Part shown: positions 12,601 through 25,499 of the stretch, in pieces
Layout: every line of letters begins with the position of its first letter
How positions within the stretch are numbered: position 1 is the stretch's first letter
Source: Cyanophora paradoxa CCMP329
Lineage: Eukaryota > Plantae > Glaucophyta
DNA length: 64,000 nt
Direction: 5' to 3'
NCBI GenBank assembly: GCA_004431415.1
Contig: QPMI01000029.1
Location: 279,235-343,234, forward strand
The notes under the pieces: generated by a model
What the model was told of the DNA's origin: nothing
The model's database searches: none
Seen by the model: the letters and a program-made list of their open reading frames with translations, nothing else
Made by a program: the position numbers and the translations under genes

Positions 12601-14363
12601 CGGTCCGCCCCGCACCGCCCCAGTCCTCCACTTGGAGCACTTGATATGAATTCGCACACACCGAGAGAAATGGCTAGGGATAGAACTGCAGTGTAAGAGC
12701 AATAAGAGCAATAAGAGCAATTGCAATATTTGTAGAGCAATAAGAGCAATTGCGATATTTGGCGCCCGTCCTGCCCGGTCCGCCCCGCCCCGGTCCTCCG
12801 GCCCCTGCCCTTTTCCCCGCCTTTGGTCTAGATCTGCGCCCAAACACCCGCCCCCCTCCCCTCCCCCCCCCCCCTCCCCTCCCCCCCCCCCCCCCCCCCC
12901 CCCCCCCCCGCCCGCCCGCCCGCCCCCGCCCGCCCGCCCCACGCCCTCGGCGAAGGTTCCCCTCCCTCCCCCCCCCCCCCCCCCCCCCCTAGATGTCCGG
13001 TCCTGCCCGGTCCCTATTCTAGGTATCCGCCTTCTAACGAAAATAGCCTTCTCCGCCCTCTAACGAAATCGCCTCTTACTTAAAAAGAAAAAGCATTACC
13101 TAGCTACGCCCTCGGTCGATCAGCGCGCGGCTGAAACGATGCGACGCCCCTCTTGTTCGCTCTGCAGGCGGCCAGGCCGTTCTCATCTTCTCCTCGTGGT
13201 GAGCTCGAGCGCTTTGCGCGCGCCGCGCGCGCCCCGCGTCTCGCAATCGCGCCTCGTCGCCCACTGACACTGGCCATGGCGCAGGCTCCTGGTGCGTCTG
13301 CGCCCCCGAGCCCGCCCGCCTTCCCGCGCCGTTGTTTTCGAGCCTGCGGTCCGCCCGCGGCCCGCCTTGCGATCGGCCGGCGCCGTTGCAGTACCTGCAC
13401 AAGTGGTGCGCATGCGCGGCCCCGGCCCGCCGCCTGAGCGCTAGCGCGCCCCGGCCCCCGCCGCCCTCTTACCGCTGCCGCCACGTTCCCGCCAGCTACC
13501 GCCTGGCGATGACCTTCCGCGCAAACGGCTACTCGGTCCTCGGTGCATGCGCTCTTCGATTTCGGAATCTCGGCCGCCCCCTTCGATATATCCCGCCGGA
13601 TCCCCGGCCTCACGGCCACGCCCCCGCGCCGCCCGGCGCCCGACCGACCGCCCGCGCAGCCGCCTCTCTCGTGACCGAAGTGGTGGTGCTCCTCGCGCCT
13701 CTCTGGGTCGGCTACAGCACCCGCGCGTACGGGCAGCGCATCATAAACGTGCGTGCCGATGCCGTCCGAGCCAATCTAAGAAGAACATGAATCTAATACG
13801 TTTATGGATTTAATGTCACAAGCGCTCATTGCTGTGCTGCGATGGCGCCGGCCGCGGCCAGCCTGCGCCTCACGGGATCGATACCGCAGGAGGTCATACT
13901 GCTCCTCCGCGGCACCCGATCGCGAGCCTTCCGAAGTGTGCCAGACCGATCCGCGTACGCGTGCCGCCCGGCCCTGCCCTGCAGCTGAACTGCCCCGGCC
14001 CGGCCCGGCCCGGTCTGGCGCAGGGCGCGGCCCGCAGGGCGCGCGGCTGCTGCGGGAGGACAGCCTGCGCTCCTTCGGCAGCGCCAGCGTCCGCAGCGCC
14101 AGCAGCGGCGACGACGTCGGCGATCCGGAGGGCACGGGGCGGACACCCGCATCCGGCCGCGGCCGCCAGGTGCGCCCTCCTCTTAAGATTTCCGCAGGAC
14201 CAGTTCGGTCAGGCCATCTTTGAATACTGGTCCGCAGAAGCGGGGGGCGGCGTCTTGGATCCAGAGCTTCGTCCGGGCCATCGGGTGGAGGGCGAGGACT
14301 GGGCCCCGCGTGGCGGTGCGAGCACGCCGCGCTCGAACGAGGCGGCTCGTGTGCCAATGACCA

Positions 14364-14403
<40 letters not shown>

Positions 14404-15498
14404 GCGCAGGACGCGCCCGCTGCCGGCGGCGCGACATCGACGACGTCGACGTTGACGTTGACGCTGGCGGAGGCGACGGCGGATCGGGAGGAGGGGGAGG
14501 AGGAGGAGCGGGCGCGGGAGGCGGTCGCCGAGGCAGGCCGCTCTGTCTTCATCCTTCAGGTGCGCGGCCGCCCGGCTCCACGTATATAATTATAAAGACA
14601 CGGCCTCGCTTTTTACTCTTGATTATAATCAAGTTAAGCTTCCGGCTTCCGGTTAAGCTTGATTATAATCAAGTTAAGCTTCCGGCCGCTCTGTCTTCAT
14701 CCTCCAGGCGCGCGGCCGCGCGCTCGGCCCCATGTATATATAGCCACGGCGCCGGCCTCGCTTTTTACACTTGATGAAAGCTTCCGGCTCGGCTGCCGGG
14801 CTTACTACCCTCGTGCACGCCGCTTAAGTTCTTGCACGCCGCCGACTGTGGGCCCGGCCCCGCTGATCGGCTCGCGGCGGCTGCAGGCCGGCATCTCGGT
14901 CGCCGCGTCGGTCCACTTCGTGGCGTGGATCACGGCGGCTCGCTACGGGGCGGGCGCCTCGATCTGGCCCTTCCACCCGGCCGTCCTGCCCCAGGAAGAC
15001 TTCGCCCGCACCGTCGGCGCCGCGGTCCTCTCCGCCGCGCTGGTCTGCCTCCTCGTCGCGGCCGTCCACTTCCGCCCCTCCCGCCGTGCGTTCGCGCGTG
15101 TCGACGTCGACGTCGTTGCATTGCGTGCCAACGAGAGAGCGTGTGTGTGTGCACGCGCAGGGCCTTGGCGGGCGAGTTCGGCGGAGGGGACCGGGGCGGG
15201 CCATGCGGAGCCACGGGCGCCCGCGGCCGGCGCCGGCCGCGACTCACTGGGCCGCCATCTCATCCTCTCGAACGCCGCCACTGTAGCGACCATGTACGTT
15301 TTTTAAAGCTCCGGCCAAATCAATTTATAGCGCACAGCTGTTGATCATGATAATCGGCGTTGAATATTAATTCGATTAGATCCTGAATGCATTGCGCGTG
15401 TGCGCAGATACATCGCCGCGAACAGCATCGTCTACGGAGGCCTCGCCCGTCCGTGCAACGTCTTCTCCTACGCCTTCCCAGGCGCCTACGTCTCGTGA
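9661..15498 (+). CDS. Multi-exon, multi-pass membrane protein of unknown function with long low-complexity loops
   Basis: Hydrophobic exons flanked by GT/GC-AG: YTAALLIFASPVLQIVPW, WQYIAFVTACAPSCLMFCAYAALMF, AVYYGVPYFATCSAAYHF, LLFLSKVLLFLLTLCSSAFLQW, IAINLAFNALFFVLSFLF, GISVAASVHFVAWITAARYG, AAVLSAALVCLLVAAVHF. The last exon YIAANSIVYGG...AYVS* ends at 15498. It could be two genes, and the start is uncertain. Confidence 0.6.
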
Positions 15499-15918
15499 GG
15501 CGCGCGGCCCAACCGCCGCGGGTGCCGGTGCTTGCGGCCGGCGACCCATTTGCATGGGGATGCCTGTGGGCGCTCCGTACGCGTCGACGTCTTTAATTTA
15601 TCTTGCCTTTTGCTTGCAATTGCGGCATTGCGGTGTGCAGTTTTCGTTTCTAGAGTGCAGAAAGCTTTTCGGCCCCAGGAAGCTTCTCATCCAACGGGGT
15701 TGAATTTGCTCCTGGGACTTATTCATTAGAGATCGCGGCCGCGGACTAGAACTCACACTAGCTAAAGCGCGGCAGAATACTAGTACCCGGACAGTCACTG
15801 CCCCATGCGTACGACTCCTTGTTCCCAGGCCTTAAAGGGCCCCTCACCATAGCCAGCATGCGCAGGTGAGAATATTATTAATAATTCAAATTAAGAATGT
15901 GGCACCAGGAATAGAGAG

Positions 15919-17424
15919 CTAGCTATAGAAGGGGTAGAAGGAAAACCAAGGGGTAGTGGACAAAGAAGTCAACGGCAAGCTGCAGCTGCCGGCCTCTACA
16001 GAACCGCTGAACATCGGTGCAGCTGCAGCTGGCCATGGTGGAGGGCAGTGGAGTGGAGGGCCATGCCCATATGCATGGGGCACTCTCTGCGTCTCAACGC
16101 CACCGCACGCGGCATGCATATGCGCATGCGCAGCTGCCGCCGCGACGGCCGGCTCCGATCGCGCCCACGACGACGATGACGACGTCGACTGCGCATGCGG
16201 GACGTCGAGATACCCCGTTGCAATTGGGGATATGGATTCTGGGTTCGGGAGGTGTGCTGCGCATGCTGGCGCATATGCATATGTATGCGTATGTGCAAAG
16301 CTAGCGCTTGTACGAGTTGGCGACTCCGACGCGGGCGTCGAAGCGTGCGCGTCGACGTCGCCTGATTTCGATGCTGCGTCCCGATCGCTGCCACTGCTTA
16401 TGGCCGAACGCGACGCGCGCATGGCTGCTCGCTCCCTTGTCTTTTGGAGGCGTTGGGCGATCTCAGTGTGAGACGGCGTGCTCCGGCTTTCGCGGTTCGA
16501 TCTCCGGCGTAGTGTCGAGTTCCACCTGCGCGGGTTAACGTTTGTCTGTTAGATAAGTATACGTGAAGAATTGGACCGAAATTAGCTATAGTCAAAGGCA
16601 CTGATAGGCTCGAAAACAATCACCTGTTCTTTACAGAATTGTCGGACCTGCCTTTGATGAACCTGGCGATCTTTGACCAGCGATTCCCCATCCGCTTGTG
16701 CAGCTCGATCAGCAGCTCGTCCTGCTCGACGATTGTAAGCAATACGTATTCTGCTACAGAAGATCGGAACATCTCGAGATGGCTACCTCCTCTGCTGTCC
16801 AAGGTTCGTTCTTCAACTGGGGATCCAGCGCGTGCCTGCTTCAATGTCTTAGACGAGACTGTCTGCAGAATATCTGGAAGTTCTATTGGGGCTAACTCTT
16901 TTTCAACTGCTGAACACCCATGACCTGAAAGATGCAACTGCTTAATATAGCCAGCTGTACTCGCAGCTGTGATATAGCCACATGCGGGCCAAGCCATAAT
17001 TATATGTATAATCAAGGGTTTAGCCTGTCGTTCTTGCGCGAATTCGTGGGAAGGGGTGCGCGCCACCAACGTTCGCGGCACTGCTTCCCGGTCCGATTCG
17101 GAAGCTTGGACGCGATCAGTGTCCACTTCTTCATGCCGTGTTCCTTCACGAGAGCTACGAGCTTATCTGCGATGGCAATTGCAAGCCACGATCAGTCGGA
17201 GTTGCAATTGGGTCGATCAGGAAGAGATCCAGATTGCAATCGCTGGCCGTGGGAAGTTCACCGTCCTCCTCTTGGCTCCATAGGCCGCTGGCGGCTCCGC
17301 CTGTACCTTTTGGCGATGGTGCGCATGTACTCGAGCCGCGATTCGCGCCAGGAGTGTTGTCGACGTCGCTGTCGACGTCGCTATCGCCGTCCGACGCGTA
17401 CAATTCTCTCAGCCGCTTCGACAT
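15919..17424 (-). CDS. R2R3-type MYB transcription factor
   Basis: Spliced: WSQEEDDKLVALVKEHGMKKWTLIASKLPNRTGKQCRERWWHALDPQLKNEPWTAEEDELLIELHKRMGNRWSKIARFIKGRSDNSVKNRWNSTLRRR, i.e. two MYB repeats with regularly spaced Trp. The frame continues into ORF 15919-16422. Confidence 0.92.
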
Positions 17425-18470
17425 ACGTATACTTTTAAGTTGAATAAAGTCTAATCATACGAAAATTCCATATGCATGAACTGCGTCAAGTCGAATTCGG
17501 CGTGAGCTCGAGTGGGATATGTGTGTATGCTGGCATGGTCCCATGTATATAGGCATTTAATTTACAGGTGGGCATGGCTTGCAATTGTTTAGATGGACAA
17601 TCGCATGGATATCGCTTGCGCGCACCGATACCGCTTGTGCCAAGCTATAGCTAAGCCTTGAAGCCGGTCAAGCGCTTTCCACTGCAGCTGGGTGCACGTG
17701 ACTGGGACAGCGCTAGCTGGAGAGTCTGCCGCGCCGCTGCTCTAGATCTAGTAAAGTAGTACATGTAGTATACTATATATATGATGATAGCTAGTTGCCA
17801 GTTGGCACCGTGGCACCGTCACCACCGTGGCACTGCAGCGAGCCAGCGACGTGGCGCGCACTATATAGCTAGTACTAGTACTGCGGCAGCCTCATGATCA
17901 GGGCCTGCACTGCGCATGCAGTGCCTGAGTAACACCGTACAACTTCCGTACCGTAGTAGTGTACTACGCCGTGACCGTGACGGTACTTCCGTCGTTCGTA
18001 CTACCGTAGTACCGTACTAGTACGTACTACGTATATACGTACTGGCACGGTACTGCTACGTATACTGCGGACCAGTCTGCGGTAGCTATATATACTATGA
18101 TACTATGATAGTTGCTTGCCGCCGCGCAGTGCCGCAGTCCGTAGTACTTGCCGCGCGCAATATATATATATATACGAGCTCTCAGGGAGTCCGACGGTCA
18201 GACTCGTCAGAGTCCGACGGTCTAGCCTAGTAGGGAGTCAGTAGGGACCGGACTCTAGGCGGCTACGTATCATCATAACGTATGCCGCGGTACCGGACCT
18301 ACCGGTATGCGCCGGCTAGGCGGCCTAGGCCCCGGGCCCCCGGGCCCCGGCCCGACTCAGAAGTCAGGAGTCTAGGCCTGCTAGGCCGCCGGGCCCCTCT
18401 TAGCCGAGTCTTAGGCTCTACCGGTAGGCTGCGGTAGCCTACTAGAGTTACTGTACATGTACATGTGGAT

Positions 18471-18726
18471 CCACAGAGTTAGGCGTGCACAAAGAAAGGC
18501 GCGGATAGACGAGTTCACCCATTCGTCTAACTTAATCCCCGTCCGACGGTCTAACTGTGCCTAAAAGGGGTATGCCATTGTAGCGCTTGTATGGAGCGAG
18601 TCCGAGCGACCAGCAGCTCGTCTATCTTTGTGAACGTCTATCGTGATGGGCATATGGCCTGGGTCACACACATCATGGGTGGGCAAACCGTTGAACGTCT
18701 ATGAAAAGCGACGCCTAACTTTGTGG
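18471..18726. mobile_element. MITE-like 256-bp element with 16-bp terminal inverted repeats
   Basis: CCACAGAGTTAGGCGT (18471-18486) versus ACGCCTAACTTTGTGG (18711-18726), one mismatch. An internal inverted GATAGACGAG/CTCGTCTATC pair is also present. No TSD is evident. Confidence 0.5.
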
Positions 18727-19069
18727 CATGATGACTCAGTGACTCTCTGACAGTGAGCCGCTGAGCCAGCGCAGGCTGCGCAGCATCATGGCAGCATGGC
18801 ATGCCATGAGGCCCATGATGGCCCGGCGCCGGCGCCGGCGCCGCGCCGCCGGCGCCGGCCCGCCGCCGGGCCGCCGGGCCGGCGCGCGGGCCCGCGGCCG
18901 GCGGACCGGCGGCGGCGAATTCGAACTTGAGTCACTTGACCCGGCCGCCGGCGGCCGGCCGGCCCGGGGCTCGAGCCGGCAATTTGAGCTCGAGCGCTAG
19001 CCCCGTGGCCACCTACCGCCGTTGCAGCGTTGCTACCGGTATCGTACCCGCCCGGTCCCCGCCGAATCA

Positions 19070-19713
19070 TTTAAAAAAATGCAATTATTCCTGATTGGTT
19101 GCATTAGCAGCAGCCCATTGGTCCAAAGAAGTGCTTTGAACGCTGAAACGTTGATTATAGCATAACGTTTCAAAACACTTGCCAATTGCAAGTTGACAAA
19201 ACTTTAATTTGAATTCGAAACTTGAATCGAAAGCTTAAGGAGTTTGAAACGCGATTTGCAACGGCAGGCCCGGCCTACCGTCGCGGGCCGACTCGCGGCG
19301 CCGGCTTAAGCTTAAGCAGATGGTGAATTTTTAGTAGGCCTAGGTCAGTCTTCGCAAGGCTTTTTTACGGCGGAGACGGTGCTACCCCTAAGAAATCTCG
19401 GCTTTAGCTCCGGCCTAGCTATAGTATAGCATGCGCAGGCGGGAAATATTTAGTATTGCGATCAACTTGGCAAGCCTTGAAGTCAACTTCAAAAGCTAGT
19501 TATAATTACCGCCGCAACTTACCGGCAAGTCGGCGTCGAGTCGCCGTCGACTCGGCGACGACTCGCCGACGAGTCGTCGACGACTCGGCGACTCGGCGTT
19601 GAGTCGTTGACCGGGAACTTGACCCTCCTTCTAAAAAATAACGGTTCGGCGTTCAAAGCCCTTCGACCAATGGGCTGCCGCCAATTCAACCAATAGTGAA
19701 TTGTTGTTTTTAA
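19070..19713. repeat. Long imperfect inverted repeat (about 90-bp arms) enclosing a GAGTC/GACTC palindromic array; fold-back or MITE-like
   Basis: Left arm 19070-19160 ...ATTGGTTGCATTAGCAGCAGCCCATTGGTC...GCTTTGAACGCTGAAACGTT aligns with the reverse complement of 19631-19713 ...ATTGGTTGAATTGGCGGCAGCCCATTGGTC...GCTTTGAACGCCGAACCGTT. Confidence 0.7.
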
Positions 19714-20928
19714 AAGCAAGTTTTAGAATGCAATTCATTATAAATAAATGATATAATTCAAGTTCAAGTTCCTGGCGCCAAGTTCAATGCCAAGCTTTAA
19801 GGTGCCGCGGGCCCGGGGCGGGCCGGGCCGGCCCGGCGGGCCGGGGGCCCGGCCGGGACTCGGGAGCCGGCGCCAGGCAGGGCCCCCGCCGGGCCGGCCG
19901 GCGGCCGGCGGCCGCCCCCCGGGCCGTAAAACGGCAGCCCTACCCCTGTGCCGGAGTCTGAGACTGTACCTGTCTGACTCGGAGACTCGGGCTCGCGATC
20001 GGAGGAGACTGTCCGACCACTAGTACGGCCGCGGTAGTAGTAGTATACGTAGTACGTATACCGGCACTTGTACAATTGCCGTGGAGATAATTTGCCGAAT
20101 TCGCCCGAAACCGGAATTGCCGAATCCAGATTTCAGCCTTTTCTCGAAGTTTTGTAGAACCTCGGCCATCGCGATCGCCTCATTCTAAATTCGCGACACA
20201 GGTTCGTCGCGATCGCCGTGCACGTGGCCCGCCGTCTGGAGGGCCCCCCGGGGCCCGAGGGCGGTGTGGTCATGATCATGATCAAGGGCGAGGTATACGT
20301 ACCTGCCTAGATCACGGGCGGCTTCGTCGACATTTCCGTGCGGCCCCGCTTACGTATACGGAATTCGGGCGCAGCGACGTCGACAGCAAGCTGATCATGC
20401 TTCCGGCCGTACGCTTCTTGGATCATGTTGCTCGCAGGTTCTTGGCTTCCGCGTCATGATCAGCGGTCTTGCGGACGATAAGCCCATCATCATCATCATC
20501 GAGATTCCGCATCTAATCACGCAGGTGTCCATGAAGACGGTGCAGAAGTACACGTATCTAATCTTCTGGAACGAGCTCGAGACCTCGAATTCGAAGAGCT
20601 GGGAGCCGTGCCAGACAAATTAAAGCTGACGCCGAAGACCAACATGGGGGTGCGTAACTGCATATGTCACAAGTAATGTCACAATGTAACTGCAGTGGTC
20701 GCATTTATATTGCTAATGGTGCTTTCTATCACTCTACATGTACAGCTCGGCGACGCGGAAAATCCAGATCCCACCGCGAAAGACGCCGGAGACCTTTTCC
20801 AGCGCGAAGTTGCCGTGCGCATGCGCTCTTTATATTGCTGGCCATGGCTTGAACAACCAATGATCAAGTCAATCACGACGTGACTTCGAATTTATCTACA
20901 CAGTATAAGTACTATAGCTAGTGCGTGA

Positions 20929-23900
20929 TCAAAGCTTCGTGCGCATTTGGCGGGCAGGGTTGGAGAAGTGGGCGATGGCGGCTATTTTCGCCGACTTCGA
21001 TATGGACATGAGGGGGTGCGCGTGGCGGCTCGCGATCGCCGAGACGGAGGATGTGCGCGAGGCCGGCTGCGACTCCGACGCCGCCGAGGAGTGCGTGTAG
21101 GCGCGGCGCTGCAGCGGCAAGCGAAAGCGGCCCCGCGATGGCTCCGCCGGGTTCTGCGCCTGCAGCATCTGTGCCGGTTGGAAATTAGGTGATTGTGGGT
21201 CACGACTTTCCTATTTATATTATATAAATATTGGTCGACATTAGTGGGGAAGAGGAATTAGTTGATTGTGGGTCAGATCAGCCGGCTGCCTCGATCTCTT
21301 CCGTCGCACCTGCTGGTACACGCTGGCGCCGCCCCGCGCGACGAGCTCCGCGTGTGTGCCCATCTCGGCGACCAGCCCCTGCTTAATCACGACGATCTTG
21401 TCCGCCGTCGCGCACGTGTGCAGCCTGACGTGTGCAGCAAGTTGAGTGGTTCTAGAACTTAAAACCTAACCAGTTCTTACATATAAGCTTAAGTATGCAT
21501 TCACCTATGCGTGACCTCAATGACGGTGCGGCCGTGCAGGTGGACAAGCCTCGTGATAATATCACAGACGAGCGCCTCCGCCATCGTGTCCAGGCCAGAC
21601 GTCACCTCGTCTGGGCGCCCATGCAAAATCAACTGCAATCGCGACGTGCCTCCAGCACTAAATGTAATTAAATTACAGAAACAACACTGACGCACCGAAA
21701 ATGACGAGCGGAGCCTTGCTGACCAGAGCTCTCGCTGCTCAATCGCGCATGCCGTGGAAACGACGGAACGATCGGGCGGTATACATCGCGAGCCTCGTCA
21801 GAAAACGGACAAACCGAGGGCGATGCGCTTGAGCTATATATATCGATATATATCAAATTCGAAACCGCCGAGTGACGTGCCGCACACATCGGTCAGAACG
21901 CGATGTCGACACGCGCACGACACGGCACAAGCTACGAAGCTTGGGCATGCGATATATAAATGTATACCTGGCCGCCGGATATAGACTTCTCGTCGATCTG
22001 CGAGTGGATTCCCCGCGGGAGCGCCGCCAGCATGGCTCGCAGGCCCAGCGCCTCCAGCGCCTCCTCCACCTGCAATTATAAAAGTCAGATTAAAGAGTTT
22101 CATGATTATACGGTTCAAAGCCCGAATTTGATTTAGGTCTGGGATGGACTCTAGATCTGAGGTATATACCTCCGCGTCCGTCGCGTCCGCTCTCCCAACG
22201 CGCACATTCGCGGCCACCTGTCATTAATTATTAGGCGAAGGGAAAATGGTGGACGCCGTGAAAAAGAATGCAAAGTCAACTTAAAAATAAGCTTATTGGA
22301 ATTACCGTGTCCGCGAAAATGAACGGGTCCTGTTTCACGTAGCAAATCTGATGCATGACAAGCCGTCGCCGTTCAGAACAGATATCGATCTGTGACGACG
22401 AACGATGCGAAATGGCGTCGCCAAACCATTTTGCGCCACTCCGACATGGAGATCTGGCCAACAGGTGTCCCTTTGAACAATACGACGCCCTCCGTCGGCT
22501 CCATTCCCCTCCGGATCAGCGTCAGCAACGTCGATTTGCCTGCGAAGATTAACGGGGCGGAGTGTAAGGAAATCGCGGTTGGGTAAGCGGGTGCGTTACT
22601 TGCCGTTTCCGCTCGGTCTGCTCATGATCAGTCATGATCTCAGAACGGTCACGCCACATGTACACAGTAATACTCAGTAATGAGAAGCTAAGGCAGGTTC
22701 GATTTGAGCGAGCACCCGACGATGCAGGTGCGCGTGGCCAGAGGGATGGAGAGAGTGATGCCGTGAAGCGTGTCCCCCGCGGTGGAGAGGACCGGCTTGT
22801 GGCGGAACCGAACGCCGTGCAGCTGAATGCAGTTTCGCGCGTCGTCCAAAGGCGCCTGCGCATGCGTACGCGCGTCCTCACGCTTCTTATGTTGTGTTAT
22901 TAGACGAGACATGTCAACTGCTGTGCACACAAAATGTAATCACCGGCACTGGCGCGTTGAAGGAGGCGTATTCGAAGCCATCGTCCAGGTCGGCTGCGCG
23001 GATCCCGGCTCCGTGGCCGGGCGTCGCCTTCAGGTCAACCTCCTCGGGGGACTAACGGCGTCGATGTTGTCGCGACAAAGAGCGCATGCGCAGTGAGACG
23101 CCAGAGAACAGCGCAGTCGCGATTCCGCGAAATTTGGACCATCTCTTCGCAATTTTAAGGGCTCGTTTGCTTTAAATTGCTGGCGAGGTACGCCTGAATC
23201 ATCTGAGTTTATATATATAGCTACTTATACTTTGATTTATAGCTAATAAAATGACGATCTCGACTTGCCGCACCGACTTGACGAGCATGAGGCGATTGAA
23301 GGGGACCGAGATCTGATTATAATTATAAATGACGCAGGGTGAGGAAGCGTTAAAAAAGTTTATGGGCTAGCGCATTCGAGATCTAGACTGATTGTAATGT
23401 CCGTGGGGTGCATAGTACAACGTGGCACAACAAAATGGGCGGAGATTCAGCCCGCACCTGGATGACGCAGGGGAAAACCGCGCTGAAGTACCACGTCAGC
23501 TCGGGGATCCGCGAGGCAGACGTGTAGATCATGATGGCCTGCATGCGCATGCATGCTCGCATGTAAGTGAGGTCGAGAGGAGAACCGTAAAAACCTAGCG
23601 CTAGCCAGATATGGGGCAGATATATAGAAGGTAGCGCCGCACGTCTCCGGGCTGGAGAGCCCCATCAGGGCGGCTCAGGTAGGACCCGACAGCCAGGAGC
23701 CCCGCCTGCAAAACACAAATGCATACGTATTAATTGGCTCACGAGCGGTGCCGGCTCGAATTGAAGACAAGCTCAATTATAATATATAAAGCTCAAGTAC
23801 CAAGAGAAGGTAGTTGCACGTCATCATCAGATTCGTCGAGCCGGAAGAAAAGCGCTCGTGGAGCTGAAATGGATGCGTACAACGAGCTTAGAAGTACAAG

Positions 23901-25450
23901 CGAATCAGTGCTGATATATATCGATCTAGAAAAAGCTAAGCTTTGGTAGAATTAATATCATATTCGTGGACCTCGAAAGCCTTGTGGAGCTGCCTCGAGA
24001 CGCGGTCAAACTCGGCCCGCGGCTTGCGGTACCCAAAGCCCTTGATCGCGGTACCCCCCTCGATTCGTTTGAATTTGTTATAATTATATATATCCTATAT
24101 GAAGCTAGCTTTCAATAGATAGCTTTCAATCGTTTAGAAGCGTATTTGGTTGTTTCTGTAAGCGTATTGTTCTAGTTGTATATTGACTCAGAGTTGCAAT
24201 TATATATATATATATATATATATTCACTTGGGCGCGGATGATTTCGGTGACGTTCCCGACGAGGCGGTCGTAGACCGCTCTCGGTGCGGGCGTAGAGTGG
24301 CTTGTTCAAGAGAAAGAAGCAGACGATGACGGCGAGCACCACGACGGAGATGCTGGCAAAATCAGAATCGATATCGATAAAATTAAAGATGCGCAACGTA
24401 GAGAGCTTTAAATAGCGTTAACGTTGAGCCTACATGGGGTCTCCGTAGAAGATCGTTCCAAAAGCGCACAGCATTCCGATGATGCAATCCATAGAATCGT
24501 TGAACGACCTTCGAGACGGATCAGCTCAATTGCAAGACGATCGCGAGTTCAACGGATCCGGATCGAGCTCGAGTGCCCAGAAGATTAATTATATAATGAA
24601 CGACCCAAGTCCGTTCAGCCGACGATCGCGCGGCCTGCAGCTGATCATGACACGCGTACGCGCGCATTCACCTGATCACGTTGAACACGATCACTTGATC
24701 CGAAGTGAACATGTTGATTAGGGTGCTCTCGTCGTGCCTGGCGCGGCCGCGGGTGAAACGAGTTCGGGCTCGACTCGATCTAGATCTAAGGACAACAAGA
24801 AATTTTATCAGTTGAAAGCTTAAATATAAGGACTCACGTCGCATAGAACTGCTCCGGCGCCCGGTTCATGTGGTTCATCAGATCCCTCCGGAGCGCGAAC
24901 AGCACGTTCGAAACGATCTGGAATTTGGAATGGGTAAGTGACGGATACCGAGTTATAATTAGGGGTCCGTTTCGAAGACGCGTCTGGGAAATTTGTTTGT
25001 CACGGCGTACCCTGGCGTCGATGAAGTTTTGCACGGCGCGGCCGCAGACGGTCATCGCGGATCCGGCGGCGAGCATTGCTATGACCTTCTCGAAGGACGC
25101 CTGCTCCGATATCTGCACGGCCCGACCGGGGTCGATCGCTCATTCGGTCATGCACTTGCGTATACACGGATGGACTGGGAAACAAACCTGATCGACAGCC
25201 AAGCTGAAGATAATCTGCCCGATGGATGTCGATCGATTAATGGATATGTAACCATTGGACATCGGTAAAATTAACAATGCATGGAAAAGAATTCGAATAG
25301 AGCATATATATATATATAACGCGTTAACTTGAAAGCCGCGCACCGTGGAGCCGTTGACCATGCACATGACGAGAAAGAGGAGGACGGACCAGAGGCCCCC
25401 GTAGCGCCACAGGACCGCCGCCGACCTCCCCACCGCGGCCAGAAGACCTG
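20929..25450 (-). CDS. ABC transporter, ABCB-like half transporter (TMD-NBD)
   Basis: Spliced Walker A GPSGNGKST, Q-loop YVKQDPFIFADT, signature ISGGQLKRIALARAL, Walker B/D-loop VIFDEVTSGLD, H-loop TVIEVTHRL, tail ADKIVVIKQGLVAEMGTHAELV. TM exons lie upstream (LWSVLLFLVMCMVNG, ISVVVLAVIVCFFLL, GLLAVGSYL). One apparent frameshift near 24280. Confidence 0.85.
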
Positions 25451-25499
25451 CACAAATCGAACGCACGCGTTCGCGCTTAGCTTTTCTTCGCTCAAGCGA

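Noticed and set aside
12840-13000. Poly-C/G runs (also 43675, 54730-54990, 57440-57660) as special elements
   Set aside because: These are intronic low-complexity tracts typical of the whole window, and homopolymer lengths are unreliable.
22000-22075. Suspected frameshift before the ABC signature
   Set aside because: Re-reading gives a continuous frame VEEALEALGLRAMLAALPRGIHSQIDEKSISGGQ.
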